From contig CAWGKG010000022.1 in assembly GCA_963823035.1 (NCBI GenBank), positions 32,001-96,000 on the forward strand: a stretch of 64,000 nt of DNA. The letters run 5' to 3'. The notes beneath the pieces were generated by a model that saw only the letters and a list, made by a program, of their open reading frames with translations, ran no database searches and had not been told where the DNA came from. Numbering within the stretch: position 1 is the stretch's first letter; each line of letters starts with the position of its first letter. This DNA comes from an uncultured Gemmatimonadales bacterium (GTDB lineage: Bacteria; Gemmatimonadota; Gemmatimonadetes; Longimicrobiales; Gaopeijiaceae). The translations under genes and the position numbers were made by a program. Positions 33,181-44,930 of this stretch are shown in pieces.

Positions 33181-33880
33181 TCAGGAGCCGCCCCCGGCCG
33201 ATGCCGGTTTCGGGTGGTTGTAGACGCGCTGGAACTCGATCCCGCCCGGGCCGCCCGACATCTCCACGTCGACGGTGAGCCGGGTGCCGTCCACCGAAGG
33301 CATGAAGGTCTCGGTCACGCCGCCGCCGCCGGAGACGTTGCGCTGGACCACGAGCCGCCCCTCGTCCCACTCCGCCTTCGCTTCGAGCTTCAGATCGTCG
33401 TCGAGGGGTCGCTCGACCGTCTTGCCGAAGGGGAGCACCCACGGCTCGCGGCCCGCGTAGGTCACGGTCACCAACGAGTCGGTGAGCGCGATGTCGATGC
33501 GCGTCGGCGTCGTCTGCGCGAGCTGGCGCATGGCCCGCATCGCCTCGGGGCTCATGCGGCCCCCGCCGAGGGGCGCCGCATCCCGCCCCCCGAGGGCATC
33601 CCCCGCCCGGACATCCCGCCGGGAAGCCCCCGCGACCTCCGCCCGGGGGCATTCGACCCGCACGGCCGCCCTCACCCGGACGCTGGCCCCGACCCTCGGC
33701 GGCGGCACCCCGCATCGCCTCGGCGGGGTCGTCGCTCTCGTCGACGTTGAGGATCCAGGTGCCGGACACACGCTCCGAGACCACGGGCGTGATGTCCCCG
33801 ATGTGCTTGGGCCCCCCGCAGGCCGCGAGCGCGAGGGTGGCGGGAAGCGCGAGGAGGGCGGCGGTGGATAGGCGTGACAT
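33181..33880 (-). CDS. Lipoprotein of unknown function (frameshift in Gly-rich segment)
   Basis: Lipobox LAAC, SGTWILNVDESD, C-terminal beta domain ending FQRVY. Confidence 0.65.
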
Positions 33881-34040
33881 GGTCCTGTCTCTCCGTGGGC
33901 AGAATCGGCCGCGAGGCCGTACCCGATGCAGATGCCGCCCACCCCCCGGTCGTTAAGCGGCGGCCCCCGACGCCACGAGCCCCCCGCCCGTTGCGCCGGA
34001 CGGAGGGCTCGCACCACCAGGGCGTCGGGCGCCGCCTCGC

Positions 34041-35345
34041 CTACGAGATCACGCGCTCCTTCGGGCGGGCCCGGTACTTCTCGTAGAGCGACTTGTGCTT
34101 GTTGTCGGTGCTCACCTCGCGGCCGAGGATGAACAGGTCCGACACCTGCGTCTGGATCTCGAGCGGGTCGCCGTCCGTGACGATGAGGTTGGCGAGCTTC
34201 CCCGTCTCGATCGTGCCGAGCCGGTCACCGAGGCCCAGCATCTCCGCGCCGTTCTTCATCACGGCCTCGAGGGCGGCCTCCTCGGGAAGGCCGTAGGGCA
34301 CCGCCATCGCCGCCTCGTAGGGCAGCGTGCGCGAGTCCGAGGAGGTGAACGTCGCGAAGGCGATCTTCACCCCCGCCGCGTAGAGCTTGCCCGGATTGCT
34401 GTAGGCCTCGTCGTACTCGGCGTCGGGCCCGTTGGGCATCGACTGCGTCGGTCCGAGGATCACCGGGACGTTCTTCTCGGCGAGCATGTCGGCCACCTTC
34501 CAGGCCTCGGTGCCGCCGGTGAGGATGAAGCGGATGTTCTGCTTCTCCGCCCACTCGACGGCGTTGCGGATGTCGCGCTCGCCGTTGGCCTCCAGGAGGA
34601 CGGGCATCTCCCGACCCACCACCTTCGCCATCGCCTCGAGCTGCAGGTTCCGCTGGGCGGTGCCGGCGGCCACGGCCTCGGCGTACTGCCGCCCGCCGTC
34701 CATCCACCGGTCGAGCTCGGCCACCTTCTCCCGGTACTCCTGCTCGACCTCGCTGAACGGACGCGGCTCACCGAAGGAGAAACCGCCGAATCCGCGCCGC
34801 GACCGCATCGACGGGTAGTTGATGACCATCGCCGCGCCGGGCGAGATGTCCATCTCCTCGATCGTCCAGCCGTCGAGGCCGATGAGCGACGCCTGTCCCG
34901 CGATCACCCCGCCCTGCGGCGCGGCCATCGCGTGCGTGATGCCGTTGGCGCGCGTGACCGGGATGTGCTCGGTGGCGGGGTGCACCGCCGTGGCGGCCTG
35001 CAGGTGCGGGTTGTAGTCGCCCTGCTCGTTGGAGTCGTTGGTCACGTCGACCGCGCCGATCTCGGTGAGGCCGAGCTGGGTGACGGCGTCGAACATCCCG
35101 GGATAGACGTGCTTGCCGGTGGCGTCGACCACCTCGGCGCCGGCCGGCACCTGCACGTCCGGTCCGACGTCCGCGATGTGGCCGTCGCGCACGACGACCG
35201 TGCCGACGAAGGTCTCGCCGGCGAGGGTGTGGACCGTGCCGCCCTGGATGGCGTACGTCTGCGCCCGGGCGGAACCGGCGAAGGCGAGGGTGGCCGCCAC
35301 GGCGCCGAGCGCCGCGGCCGCCCGAAGGGTACGTGCGCGGCTCAT
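34041..35345 (-). CDS. Secreted amidohydrolase-superfamily protein (metal ligands degenerate)
   Basis: [27 protein letters not shown], signal peptide, ATGA overlap. Confidence 0.85.
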   Translation of the reverse strand: MSRARTLRAAAALGAVAATLAFAGSARAQTYAIQGGTVHTLAGETFVGTVVVRDGHIADVGPDVQVPAGAEVVDATGKHVYPGMFDAVTQLGLTEIGAVDVTNDSNEQGDYNPHLQAATAVHPATEHIPVTRANGITHAMAAPQGGVIAGQASLIGLDGWTIEEMDISPGAAMVINYPSMRSRRGFGGFSFGEPRPFSEVEQEYREKVAELDRWMDGGRQYAEAVAAGTAQRNLQLEAMAKVVGREMPVLLEANGERDIRNAVEWAEKQNIRFILTGGTEAWKVADMLAEKNVPVILGPTQSMPNGPDAEYDEAYSNPGKLYAAGVKIAFATFTSSDSRTLPYEAAMAVPYGLPEEAALEAVMKNGAEMLGLGDRLGTIETGKLANLIVTDGDPLEIQTQVSDLFILGREVSTDNKHKSLYEKYRARPKERVIS

Positions 35346-38099
35346 CGGTTCACCTCCTCTCCGGGTCCGGGGGCGATGCGGTCGGGGGCGACCCGGTCGC
35401 CCGACGCCTTGGGGCCGTATCGCTCCATGAGCGCGGCCTTCTCGCTCTCGATCGCGGCCTGGCGCTCGCGGTCCATGTCGCGGTCGAAGTACAGCTTCCC
35501 GTCCACGTACGTCTGCAGGACCTTCGACGAGCATGCTCATCGGGTTGCCGTCGAACACCGCCAGGTCCGCGTCCTTCCCCACGTCGATCGAGCCCGTGTG
35601 GTCGTCGATGCCGAGCTGCTTGGCCGGGTTGAGCGTGACGAGGCGGAGCGCGTGCTCCTCCGACATCCCGCCCCACTTCATCGCCTTCGCCGCCTCCTGG
35701 TTGAGGTGACGCATCTCCTCGCCCGAGTCGGAGTTGATCGACACGAGCACGCCCCGCTCCTCCATGAGCGCCGCGTTGTAGGGGATCGCGTCGTACGCCT
35801 CGACCTTGTAGGCCCACCAGTCGGAGAACGTCGAAGCGCCGGCGCCGTGCGCGGCGATCTCGTCGGCGACCTTGTAGCCCTCCAGGACGTGCTGGAAGGT
35901 GCGGACCGTGAAGTGGAACTCGTCCGCCAGGCGGATGAGCTGCAGGATCTCGTCGGCCCGGTAGGAGTGCGAGTGCACCCACCGGTCGCCGCGCAGGATC
36001 TCCGCCAGGTGCTCGAGCTTGAGGTCGCGGCGCGGGGCCACGCCCTGGCGGCCGCCGGCCTCGTACGCGTCCCACTCCTTCTGGTAGGCCTGCGCGTCCA
36101 GGAACGCCTGGCGCACCACGTCCTGCACGCCCATGCGCGTGGCCGGGTAGCGGTCGGGGTTGCGGTCGCGCTTCGTGTTCTCGCCCAAGCGCGAACTTGA
36201 TGCCGGGCTTCGCGCCGTGCGATGAGCATGTCCTGGGCGTCCGCGCCCCAGCGCAGCTTCACCACGGCGTTGCCGCCGCCGATCGGGTTGGCCGAGCCGT
36301 GCAGGATGTTGATCGACGTCACGCCGCCGGCCAGCGCCCAGTAGACGTTCGGGTCGTTGGGCTCGATGACGTCCTTGATCGTGACCATCGCGGAGACGTT
36401 CACCGCCCCCTCGTTGATCGCGTCCGCCGCGATGTGCGAGTGCGCGTCGATGATGCCGGGCGTGACGAACTTCCCGGTGCCGTCCACGACATGCGCGCCG
36501 CGCGGCGCCTGCACGTCCGTGCCCACCTCGGCGATCTTCCCGTCGCGGATGAGGACCGAGGCGTTCTCCATCGTGCCGTGCGACGCGGTCATGACAGTCG
36601 CGCCGCGGATGAGCGTGACGGCGTCGTCCCGGTAGGGGCCCTTGTCCTTCGCCATCGGGACGGGCTCGTCGAAGCTCGGGGCCTCTTCGGCCTGCGCGCG
36701 CCGGCCGCCGCTGCGGCGTCTCCTCCGCCGGCACGTCGAACTTGTCGCCGTCGACGAAGACCGTCTCGACGCGGATGCCGTCCTCGAAGAGGTCGCCCGA
36801 GGCCACCACGAGGTTGGCGAGCTTGCCCGCCTCGATGGAGCCCATGCGGTCGTCGACGCCCAGGATGCGCGCCGCGTCCAGGGTGAAGGCGCGGATCGCC
36901 GCGTCCTTCGACAGCCCGTGCGCTACCGCCCTGCGCGCGTTCGTGAGGATCTCCGCCGGGTTCGACAGCCCCCCGGAGGTGAACGCGAAGCGCACGCCGG
37001 CGCCCGAAAGCGCCGCGGGGGTGGTCGGCGCGCGATCCCACAGCCGGAGCGTGGCGAGCGACATCTCGGCCTCCGGGTCTCCGTTCGGCGCCGCCTTCGG
37101 CCAGTTCAGGCTCACGAGCGCGGGCACGGAGGCCTGGGCCATCAGGTCCGCGGCGGCGTATCCCCCCTGCACGCCGTAGACGACCGGCTTCACGCCCATC
37201 ACCTGCGCGGTGACGATCGCGCGCTCGACCTCCTTGCGGTCGTCCGCCGGGAAGAGCACCGGGTAGCCCTGGTCCAGCTCACGGGCGATCGGCTCGAGCG
37301 CCGGGTCCCACTCGGGGCGGGCCTTCCCGAGCGGCGACTCGCGATAGTCCGCCCACACGGCCCGGTAGTGCTGCGCGTCCAGGTAGAGCTGCTTCAGGTA
37401 GGCGAAGCTCCCGAGCAGCGAGTTGGGGTAGCCCGTATAGGAGCGGTCCTGGAGCTTCAGGTGCATGGCCACGGGCGTGGCCACCACCATCTCCCGCGGG
37501 TGGGAGAAGATCCCCAGGTCGAGGACGGCGGCCTGGTCGGTCACCAGCCCCTCGTCGCGCGTGCTCATCACCGTCGTGAAGCCGGCGTTGCGCCACTTCT
37601 CGTAACGCTCGTCCGAGCCGCTCAGCTCCTCACCCGCGCTCAGCCACGAGTGGGTGCCGGGGCGGTCCTCCGGGCCCCAGGAGTGCTTCGACATGTCGAT
37701 GGGGCCCTGCGGGCCGAACGGCCCACCACCGCCGCCACCGCCGCCTCGCTGTGGGCGAGCGGACGGATGGCCCAGGTCCGTCATCGCGTCGATGAGGCCG
37801 GGATAGACGGTCTTGCCGGAGGCGTCGATCACCCACGCGCCGGCGGGCACCGGCACACTGCGTCCGACCGCGGTGATGACGCCGTTCGACACCACCACGG
37901 TGCCGTTGTCGACCGTCGGGCCGGAGACCGTGACGATGCGGGCCCCCTGGATGGCGTACAGCTCGGGTACGTCGGGCCGGGTGGGGCGAGGCTGCGCCTC
38001 GGCCACCCGTGGGACGGTCAGGGCGGCGAACGCGAGCGCCAGGGCGGCGCGCGCGATGCCGTAAGCCCCCAACCGCGGATTCCGGAGCCTGAGGCTCAT
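35342..38099 (-). CDS. Secreted double amidohydrolase-domain protein (frameshifts near 36700, 36200 and 35530)
   Basis: Domain 1 has [13 protein letters not shown]. Domain 2 has [37 protein letters not shown]. Confidence 0.82.
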
Positions 38100-38283
38100 G
38101 GGCAGGTCCTCCGCTGGAGTCGAGGATACGTCGTCGGCCGGACGCTTCCGCTTGGAGACACGTTGGCCGGTGGTTCCGGGAAAGGACGAGGGAACAGAAT
38201 AGGCCGACCCCCACGGCCTAGCCAGACGGTGGGACGGGGGCGAGGCGCCCGACGCGTGCGGAGGAGGTAGCAGGGTCCCCCTT

Positions 38284-38977
38284 TCAAGTAGTCCTGGGCT
38301 CGCGTGCCTCTGCGGCCTCTGTGGCAAAGCGGTTGATCCACGAGGCCCACGGAAGAAGCAGCCAGAGCGAGAGCTCACCCACGCCGAGCGCGGTCTCGGA
38401 AGGGGGCGGCGGCCCGAGGAGGTTGGCGACGTAGACCACCAGCGAGGAAGACGATCAGCGCCCGGAAGGCCCATCGTCCCGACCGCGTCCGCCGGGCGGA
38501 AGGCGCGCACGTACAGGAGCGTGCCCAGGGCGAGGAGCCCGAGCTCGACCACGACCGTCCCCGGCACCGAGCGCCACAGCTCGAGCCCGACGCGGGGGCC
38601 ACCGGGCCAGAGTGGCATGTCCGGGCGGTGGCGAGATCGCGTCGAGCACCCAGTGGCTCACCACCAGCGCGCCGCCGATCCAGAGGGCGGCGCGCCGGTC
38701 GCGGTAGCGCACCCAGGCGAGGCGGCGAGACAGGCGAGCAGCCCCAGCCGAGCGTCGAGAAGCGAGGCTGTGGCTGAGCGGGTAGCGAACGAAGTCGAGG
38801 GGGGTCGAACGGCGGTGTTGCCCGGATCGAAGCGCACCTCCTCCACACCCAGGAGGAGGAGGATCAGGCCACAGGAGGTCAGGCCACTGCGGCTGCCAGG
38901 AAGAGCGTCCACAGGGAGCCACGGGCGACGCGCGCGGGACGGGCGGCGAGGGCGACGGCGTAGTGTCCGAGGAACAT
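38284..38977 (-). CDS. Membrane-bound metal-dependent hydrolase (YdjM-like; several frameshifts)
   Basis: [33 protein letters not shown]. Confidence 0.7.
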
Positions 38978-39015
38978 GGGCGGTCCGTAGGTGCGGAGGG
39001 AGGGTCGACGGCGCC

Positions 39016-39718
39016 TCAGATACCCCGCGGCGAGCTCCGCCAGCGTGGCGAGATCCGGCACCTCGAGGTCCGGGACGGCCTGGGCGAGAACGGTCGCGCC
39101 GCCGCCCGCTCGCCCGGCCCGACGGTTCACCCATACGCAGGCGAAGCCGAGCGCCGTGGCGGGTGCCACGTCGTGGTAGAGGCTCTGCGCGACGTGCAGC
39201 ACGCGTTCGCGTGGGAGGTCGAGGCGGCGGAGCACCTCGTCGAAGTGCGCCCGCGCCGGCTTGTACGAGCGCACCTGTTGGGCCGTCACGACCCCGGCGA
39301 AGTCCACACCCAGCCGGGTCGCCGTTTCGGCGAACAGGTCGTCGTCCACGTTGGAGACGATCGCCAGACGGAACCGACGGCTCAGCCTGGCGAGGGCCTC
39401 CACGGTGTCCGGGAAGGGCGGCCAGCGCCCTACCGAGGCGGCGAACGTTTCCACCTCCTTCGCCGTTGGCTCGAAGCCGCCCTCGCGGCCGAAGCCGAAC
39501 GCCACTTCCCTCAGGATGTCGCGGTAGCTCTTGAACGCTCCCTTTTCCGCAGCGGCCTCCAGCGCTCCGAATCGCTCGAGGAGCGCGTCGTCGTCCTCGA
39601 CGAACGCCCCGTGGGCGGCCCGCATCGGACGCAGGGCGTCGAGGATACCTCGCTCCCAGTCCACGAGCGTCCCGTAACAGTCGAAGGTGAGCGCTCCGAA
39701 TCGCGCGAAGTCCATCAT
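39016..39718 (-). CDS. Haloacid dehalogenase type II
   Basis: FDCYGTLVDWE, SNVD, SYKP, HVAQSLYHD. The stop at 39016 is masked by a G-run indel. Confidence 0.88.
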
Positions 39719-40339
39719 GTCCGTGGGACCTCCTCCTGGCTGGACTCACCTACGTGATGGAGCGCCTCCAGGGCGCAGCGCACGACCTCGACCATGCCGG
39801 CGAGGCGGTCGACGTCCGTCACGATGCCGTAGGTCTGACAGTAGACGACCCCGGTATGCTCCCCGTAGCGCTTCCGGCTTCGCTTGGACGCCCGCTTCAC
39901 GTGGAGCTCGACGGGCGCCACGGCCAGGAGCGCGCCGACGAGCTCGGAGCCGGCGAAGAAGCTCGGGACCCGTGGGGCGGGCTTGCCCCGCACGACGTAG
40001 CGCTCCAGCAACTCACGCGCCAGCGGGGAGCGGGCTTCCGAATCCGAGGGCCGCCCACACCCGATCGAAGAAGCCGCGTCCACGCACCCGGACCTGGAGT
40101 TCACGGTGCCCGAGTACGTACGCTCGGACCCTCGTGTAGGTCACGGTCACCGTGCCCGTGCTGACCGCGTACGTGTCGAGACGGGTGCGCCACGGGCCGT
40201 GCTGGAACCACGCGCGGTCGTTCCCCGCCCGCTTCCCCTCTTCGAGACGGCCGTCGAGCCTGGCTGCCACCTCCCGCCAGGCCGTGCGTCGGTCCACCTT
40301 CGGCGGGCGCTTCGCCTTCGGGCGCAAGCCGCCTGTCAT
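39715..40339 (-). CDS. Hypothetical protein (frameshifted)
   Basis: HGPWRTRLDTY...TYTRVRA joins with ORF 39715..40104. Coupled to the flanking genes. Confidence 0.55.
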
Positions 40340-40340
40340 C

Positions 40341-41111
40341 TCACGACGGCCGGCCGCTCTTCCGACCCGTGGCCAGCTTGTTGCCGACCTCCCTGCGCAC
40401 GAGGGCGGGCAGCGCCTCACCGTGGCGGGCGAGGAAGGCCCTCACCGCCTTCTCGTCCGCGGACACGAGCGCACGTAGCGCCCACGAGAGCGCCTTGGCG
40501 ACCATGGGCTCCGCGTCCGTGGCGAGCATCGTGCACACCGCCAACGTGCGGCCCGCGTCACCCCGTCCGCCGCGCGAACGCAGGTTGCGCGCCACGGTCG
40601 ACACGAGCGCGGTGCGCCGCCACCACCGGTCAGGGGCGTGCGCCCAGCGCGCCACGTCCTCGTCGCCCACGAGTCCGTCCCGCCACGCGGGCCCCGCCAC
40701 GTACAAGGAGAAACCGTCCACGGTGGCCCAGTTGTCGTTGCCCGCACCCAGCGCCTCGACGATGGCCGCGTCCAGGCCGGCCACGACGTCCGGCCTACCT
40801 CCGATCAGCTCCCACGCCACCTGCCGCGCTTCGTGCACGTTCGTGGCGACCAGGCCGCGCGCCACCTGGAGGACCTGTTCCGCGGGCGCATCCAGCAGCG
40901 TGCGCGCAAGAGGCCGGAGCACCCTCCGGATCGCCGGAGCCGGCACGCCCAGGATCTCGAGGGCCGTCGGGAAGTAGCCCGCTCCGTGCGCCTTCCGCTC
41001 GGGAACCGACGCGGCCTCCAGCCCCTCGAGGACGTCTCCGACGAGGGTGGCCCGCACCGAGGGCCCTGCCCCCGGAACGGACACCTCCGGGGCGAGGGGC
41101 GACGCTACCAC
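40341..41111 (-). CDS. DNA alkylation repair protein (AlkD-like)
   Basis: LGVPAP, NWATVDGF, WWRRTALV, MVAKALSWALR, VRREVGNKL. Start uncertain. Confidence 0.85.
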   Translation of the reverse strand: MVASPLAPEVSVPGAGPSVRATLVGDVLEGLEAASVPERKAHGAGYFPTALEILGVPAPAIRRVLRPLARTLLDAPAEQVLQVARGLVATNVHEARQVAWELIGGRPDVVAGLDAAIVEALGAGNDNWATVDGFSLYVAGPAWRDGLVGDEDVARWAHAPDRWWRRTALVSTVARNLRSRGGRGDAGRTLAVCTMLATDAEPMVAKALSWALRALVSADEKAVRAFLARHGEALPALVRREVGNKLATGRKSGRPS

Positions 41112-41416
41112 GCGAGTCCCAGGAGGACCGCGTTCATGAACCCCTCCTCCGAATGCTCGGCCGCGACCCTCAGCAGCGCCTCCAGCTCGTCGTGGTCGAG
41201 CCAGACGCCGCCGCAGTCGGGACAGCGGTCGAGGATGATGTTCTGGACGATCTCCTTGCGCATCTCCGTGCCGTCCACGGGGCAGGCGCGGCGCACCGCC
41301 GCCTTCCGACGGATTTGATCCGCGCAGCGCGCGCACGTGGGTAGGCCGTCCAACACCTCGGAGCTTGGTTGCTCGCGGCAACGGACGCAGAGTGCCGGCT
41401 TCTCGTTCTCGCTCAC
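41105..41416 (-). CDS. zf-TFIIB-type zinc-ribbon protein
   Basis: CVRC, CARC, CPVDG, DRCPDCGGVWLDHDELE. Confidence 0.8.
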   Translation of the reverse strand: MSENEKPALCVRCREQPSSEVLDGLPTCARCADQIRRKAAVRRACPVDGTEMRKEIVQNIILDRCPDCGGVWLDHDELEALLRVAAEHSEEGFMNAVLLGLAW

Positions 41417-43617
41417 CCTCCCGCCCTCCTCAGCGTGGCCTTGACGCGTGTCACGAACCTCGGGGGATCGATCGGCTTGTGGATGTAGTCGTCCGCTCCC
41501 TGCTCCATGAGCTCGATCTCGGCATGCGGGTCCTGGGTGCCGGTGAGCACCACGATGGGAAGGCCGGCCGTGCTCACCGAGCCGCGCACGGCCCGAAGCG
41601 TCTCCCGCCCTCCGAGCGTGGGCATGTCCAGGTCGAGCACCATCAGGTCGAACGCCTCACCCCGCGCGAGCATCACGAGTCCTTCGGAGCCGTCCGCCGC
41701 CTCGCTGACGCGGTACCCTTCCCGCTCCAGCAGTCCGCGGGCGATCGCACGACTCGCTCCGTCGTCGTCGATGACGAGCACGTGCGGCGCCGCGTCGTCG
41801 TCGTCCTCCGGGATCACGGGAGCCGACACCGTGCGGATCGTCGGCGTCGGCGTGGCCCGCCGGGGGGGCGGCGGGCCGTCCGGCCGCACCGCCGTGTCGG
41901 GGATCTCGTTCAGCGGGACGGAGCGCAGCGAACCCTCGCCCTCCTCGCCGACCACCCGCGCCACCTCCTCCAGCGTGGTCTCTCCGTCTCGAATGCGCTG
42001 CAGGGCGGCCTCGAGCAGCGAACGCATTCCCTCCGAGCGCACCTGCTCGCGGACGGCACGCATCGGAGCGCCCTCGAGGATCATCCGCTGCACGGGAAGC
42101 GAGCTGAGGAAGAGCTCGACCACGGGGAGGCGTCCGCGGTAGCCCTGGTGCTGACACACCTCGCAGCCGATGGCGCGCACGGTGGGCTGGACGCCGTAGC
42201 GCCCGGCCAGGAACTCCTCGACAGCGGACAGCGGCCCGCTCACCGGCTGCGCACAGGCGGCGCAAACCCGGCGCAAGAGCCGCTGCGCGAAGCCGGCGCG
42301 CAGCGTGTCCGCCACAGTGGCGTTGTCCAGGCCGAGATCGGTGAAGCGCCGGATGGCGCCCACCGCGTCGTTCGTGTGCAGCGTGGCGAGCACCAGGTGC
42401 CCCGTGAGGCTGGCCTGCGCCGCGGTCTCGGCCGTCTCGCGGTCCCGGATCTCCCCGACGAAGACGACGTCGGGGTCCTGGCGGAGAATCGCGCGCAGCG
42501 CAGACGCGAACGTCACCCCCTGCTTGGGCTCCACCTGGATCTGCGTCAGCCCCGGGAGGTCGTACTCGATCGGGTCCTCGACGGTCATGATGTTGACGTC
42601 TTCGGTCGCGATCTCCCGCAACGCCGCGTACATCGTGGTGGTCTTGCCGGAGCCGGTCGGTCCGGTGACCACGAAGATGCCGTCGCGGTTGCTCAGCACC
42701 TGGCGGAGCCGCTCGATCTCCTGGCCGTGGATGTTGGTGTCCTCGAGCGCGTGGGTCTGCGTCGTGCTGAGCACGCGCACCACGACCTTCTCGGCCCGCC
42801 GGGTGGGCACCGTCGAGATGCGCAGGTCGTAGGCCTGGCCCTCCACGACCATGCGCGCTCGCCCGTCCTGGGGGCGCAGACGGTCGGCGATGTCCAGCCG
42901 GCTCATGACCTTGATGCGCGACACGACCCGGGTGAGCACCGGCGTGGGCATCTGCATCCCGTTGCGCAGCACACCGTCCACGCGGTAGCGGACCACCCCT
43001 CCGGTGGCCATCGGCTGGATGTGGATGTCGCTCGCGCCCCGCTCGATGGCCTCGAGGAGGATCAGGTTCGCCAGGCGGACCACCGGGCCGGTCGCGGACT
43101 CCTCCGCGGAGATCTCCTCCGGCTCGTCGGAGACACCCACCACCTCGACGAGGTTGTCCACCGACTCGCTCACGCCCTCCAGGAGCGCCTCGGCCACCCG
43201 ATCCGGAGAATACGACGCCTCGATCGCGCCGTGGATGGCGGCCGGCGGGGCGATCTGCACGTGCGGCGTGCGCCCGGAGGCGAACCCCACTTCCTTCTCC
43301 GCCTGGATGTTCGTGGGGTCGGCGGTGGCCACCACCAGTGCCCGGTCTCCGTCCCTCAGGGGAAACACCTGAAAGCGACGGGCCACCGACGCGGGAAGGA
43401 GCTTCGTGGCCGTCGGCTCGGCCAGCGAGAAGTCGGCGACCTGCGTGCGGAAGCTGCGCGCAACGGCCGCCGCGAGCGTGGGCGCGTCCACGCCGCACGC
43501 ACGCATGGTCTCCTCCCATGCCTCGGGCACGGAGGCGTGGGCGAGTATCCTGATGTCGTCCGCGCCTGCGAGACCCTCTCGTTTCGCGGCGCGTTGGATC
43601 CAATGTCGCGCGGTCAT
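41413..43617 (-). CDS. GspE/PilB family ATPase with C-terminal receiver (REC) domain
   Basis: ASDIHIQP, PQDGR, GPTGSGKTT, TVEDPIEY, LRQDPD..VGEIRD, LHTND, CxxC..CxxC, then VLVIDDD...LDLDMP...LT...GADDYIHKP. Confidence 0.92.
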   Translation of the reverse strand: MTARHWIQRAAKREGLAGADDIRILAHASVPEAWEETMRACGVDAPTLAAAVARSFRTQVADFSLAEPTATKLLPASVARRFQVFPLRDGDRALVVATADPTNIQAEKEVGFASGRTPHVQIAPPAAIHGAIEASYSPDRVAEALLEGVSESVDNLVEVVGVSDEPEEISAEESATGPVVRLANLILLEAIERGASDIHIQPMATGGVVRYRVDGVLRNGMQMPTPVLTRVVSRIKVMSRLDIADRLRPQDGRARMVVEGQAYDLRISTVPTRRAEKVVVRVLSTTQTHALEDTNIHGQEIERLRQVLSNRDGIFVVTGPTGSGKTTTMYAALREIATEDVNIMTVEDPIEYDLPGLTQIQVEPKQGVTFASALRAILRQDPDVVFVGEIRDRETAETAAQASLTGHLVLATLHTNDAVGAIRRFTDLGLDNATVADTLRAGFAQRLLRRVCAACAQPVSGPLSAVEEFLAGRYGVQPTVRAIGCEVCQHQGYRGRLPVVELFLSSLPVQRMILEGAPMRAVREQVRSEGMRSLLEAALQRIRDGETTLEEVARVVGEEGEGSLRSVPLNEIPDTAVRPDGPPPPRRATPTPTIRTVSAPVIPEDDDDAAPHVLVIDDDGASRAIARGLLEREGYRVSEAADGSEGLVMLARGEAFDLMVLDLDMPTLGGRETLRAVRGSVSTAGLPIVVLTGTQDPHAEIELMEQGADDYIHKPIDPPRFVTRVKATLRRAGG

Positions 43618-44930
43618 GGGATGACGAGGATACGTCGATTCGCCGGATAGAGCCATTCCACGCCGCGCGCCGTGACCACGGCGTCGTCCTCCAGGGGAAT
43701 CCGGACCTTCCGCCCCCCCAATCCGGGTTCGCGGTGTACGCGAAGAGCTCGACCGAAATGAGGGTCCCCGGACGCAGCTCGTACCCCAGCCGCGTCGGAT
43801 TGAAGAAGGCGAGCGAGGGGCCGATGCCGTGCCCCCAGTTGCCCACCGAGTGCGGGCCGATCACGACGTCCGTCACCTCGGGGTCGTCCGACGGCCGGTT
43901 GAACTCGATGCGGTTGAAACCGGCCGCCTCCAGGGCGCGCCAGGTGGCGTCGAGCGCCGCCTGGGCGGTGGGCGCCGGGCGGATGGCGGCCTTCATGACG
44001 TCCCGGACGGCGAGGGCCCGATCGAAGGCGTGGCGCAGCCCGGCGGGCGGCTCCGTCTCCCCGTCCTTCAGGACGTAGGCGATGCGCTTCATGTCCGTGA
44101 AGAAGTCCAGGAAGCCCACGCCCCAGTCGATCATCAGGAGGTCGCCCCGCTGGATGATCCGGTCCGTGGACGTCGCCGCGATCCCCTCCGGACCGGTCAC
44201 GTACACGGAGGGCTGGTCGAAGGACGACGCGAGTCCCCGGGCCAGGAGCTGGTCCTCCATCCACCACGCCACGTCCTCGAGGGTGGTCACGCCCGGCGTG
44301 ACCACCTCCCTGGAGAAGGCGCGCTCGGCGATCTCCCGGCTGATCTCGCCGGCCTCGGCGAACGCGGCGAGCTCGGTGGCCGTCCGCGTCGAGCGGAAGT
44401 CGCTGACGAGCTTCTCGGCCGACACCAGCCGGTCGGCGTACGGCGCGCCCAGCACCGAGCGCAGGTGAAGCCACGACGTGTGGGACAACCCGTCCGCACC
44501 GCCGATGCTCTCCGCCATGTCGACGCCGATCCTCCGCGGATCGCGCTCCCGGATCCAGTCGGTGAGCTCGTCGGCGCCGCCGAAGTGGTCGTAGACGCCG
44601 CACGCCTCCGGCTTGCCGCCCTCCACCCCGAAGACCGCCCGCTCGACCCGGTCCCCGCGGTCGGTGAACACCCAATAGGCCCAGTCGCCCACGTAACCGC
44701 GCCCGAGCGCCTCCCACAGCGGGTCGAGCAGGCCCTCGCGCATGACCACGATCCACGTGTCGACATCGTTGTCGTGCATCGCCTTCGGCAGCACCAGGTC
44801 GAACTTCTCCGCGCGGATCTGGCACATGCGCTCCCACCTGCGCCGCGCCTCCTGGGCCTCCGTGCGCCCCGGCGTCAGCGTGGCGAGGAGTCCGAGCGCC
44901 AGCCCGCGCGACCACGGCGGGTGCCCTCAT
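43614..44930 (-). CDS. Secreted M24 family peptidase (frameshifts at both ends)
   Basis: IDWGV..FTDMKR, HSVGNWGHGIGP, SVE, LEDD. ATGA overlaps. Confidence 0.8.
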   Translation of the reverse strand: MRAPAVVARAGARTPRHADAGAHGGPGGAAQVGAHVPDPRGEVRPGAAEGDARQRCRHVDRGHARGPARPAVGGARARLRGRLGLLGVHRPRGPGRAGGLRGGGRQAGGVRRLRPLRRRRRAHRLDPGARSAEDRRRHGGEHRRCGRVVPHVVASPALGAGRAVRRPAGVGREARQRLPLDADGHRARRVRRGRRDQPGDRRARLLQGGGHAGRDHPRGRGVVDGGPAPGPGTRVVLRPALRVRDRSGGDRGDVHGPDHPAGRPPDDRLGRGLPGLLHGHEAHRLRPEGRGDGAARRAAPRLRSGPRRPGRHEGRHPPGAHRPGGARRHLARPGGGRFQPHRVQPAVGRPRGDGRRDRPALGGQLGARHRPLARLLQSDAAGVRAASGDPHFGRALRVHREPGLGGRKVRIPLEDDAVVTARGVEWLYPANRRILVIP

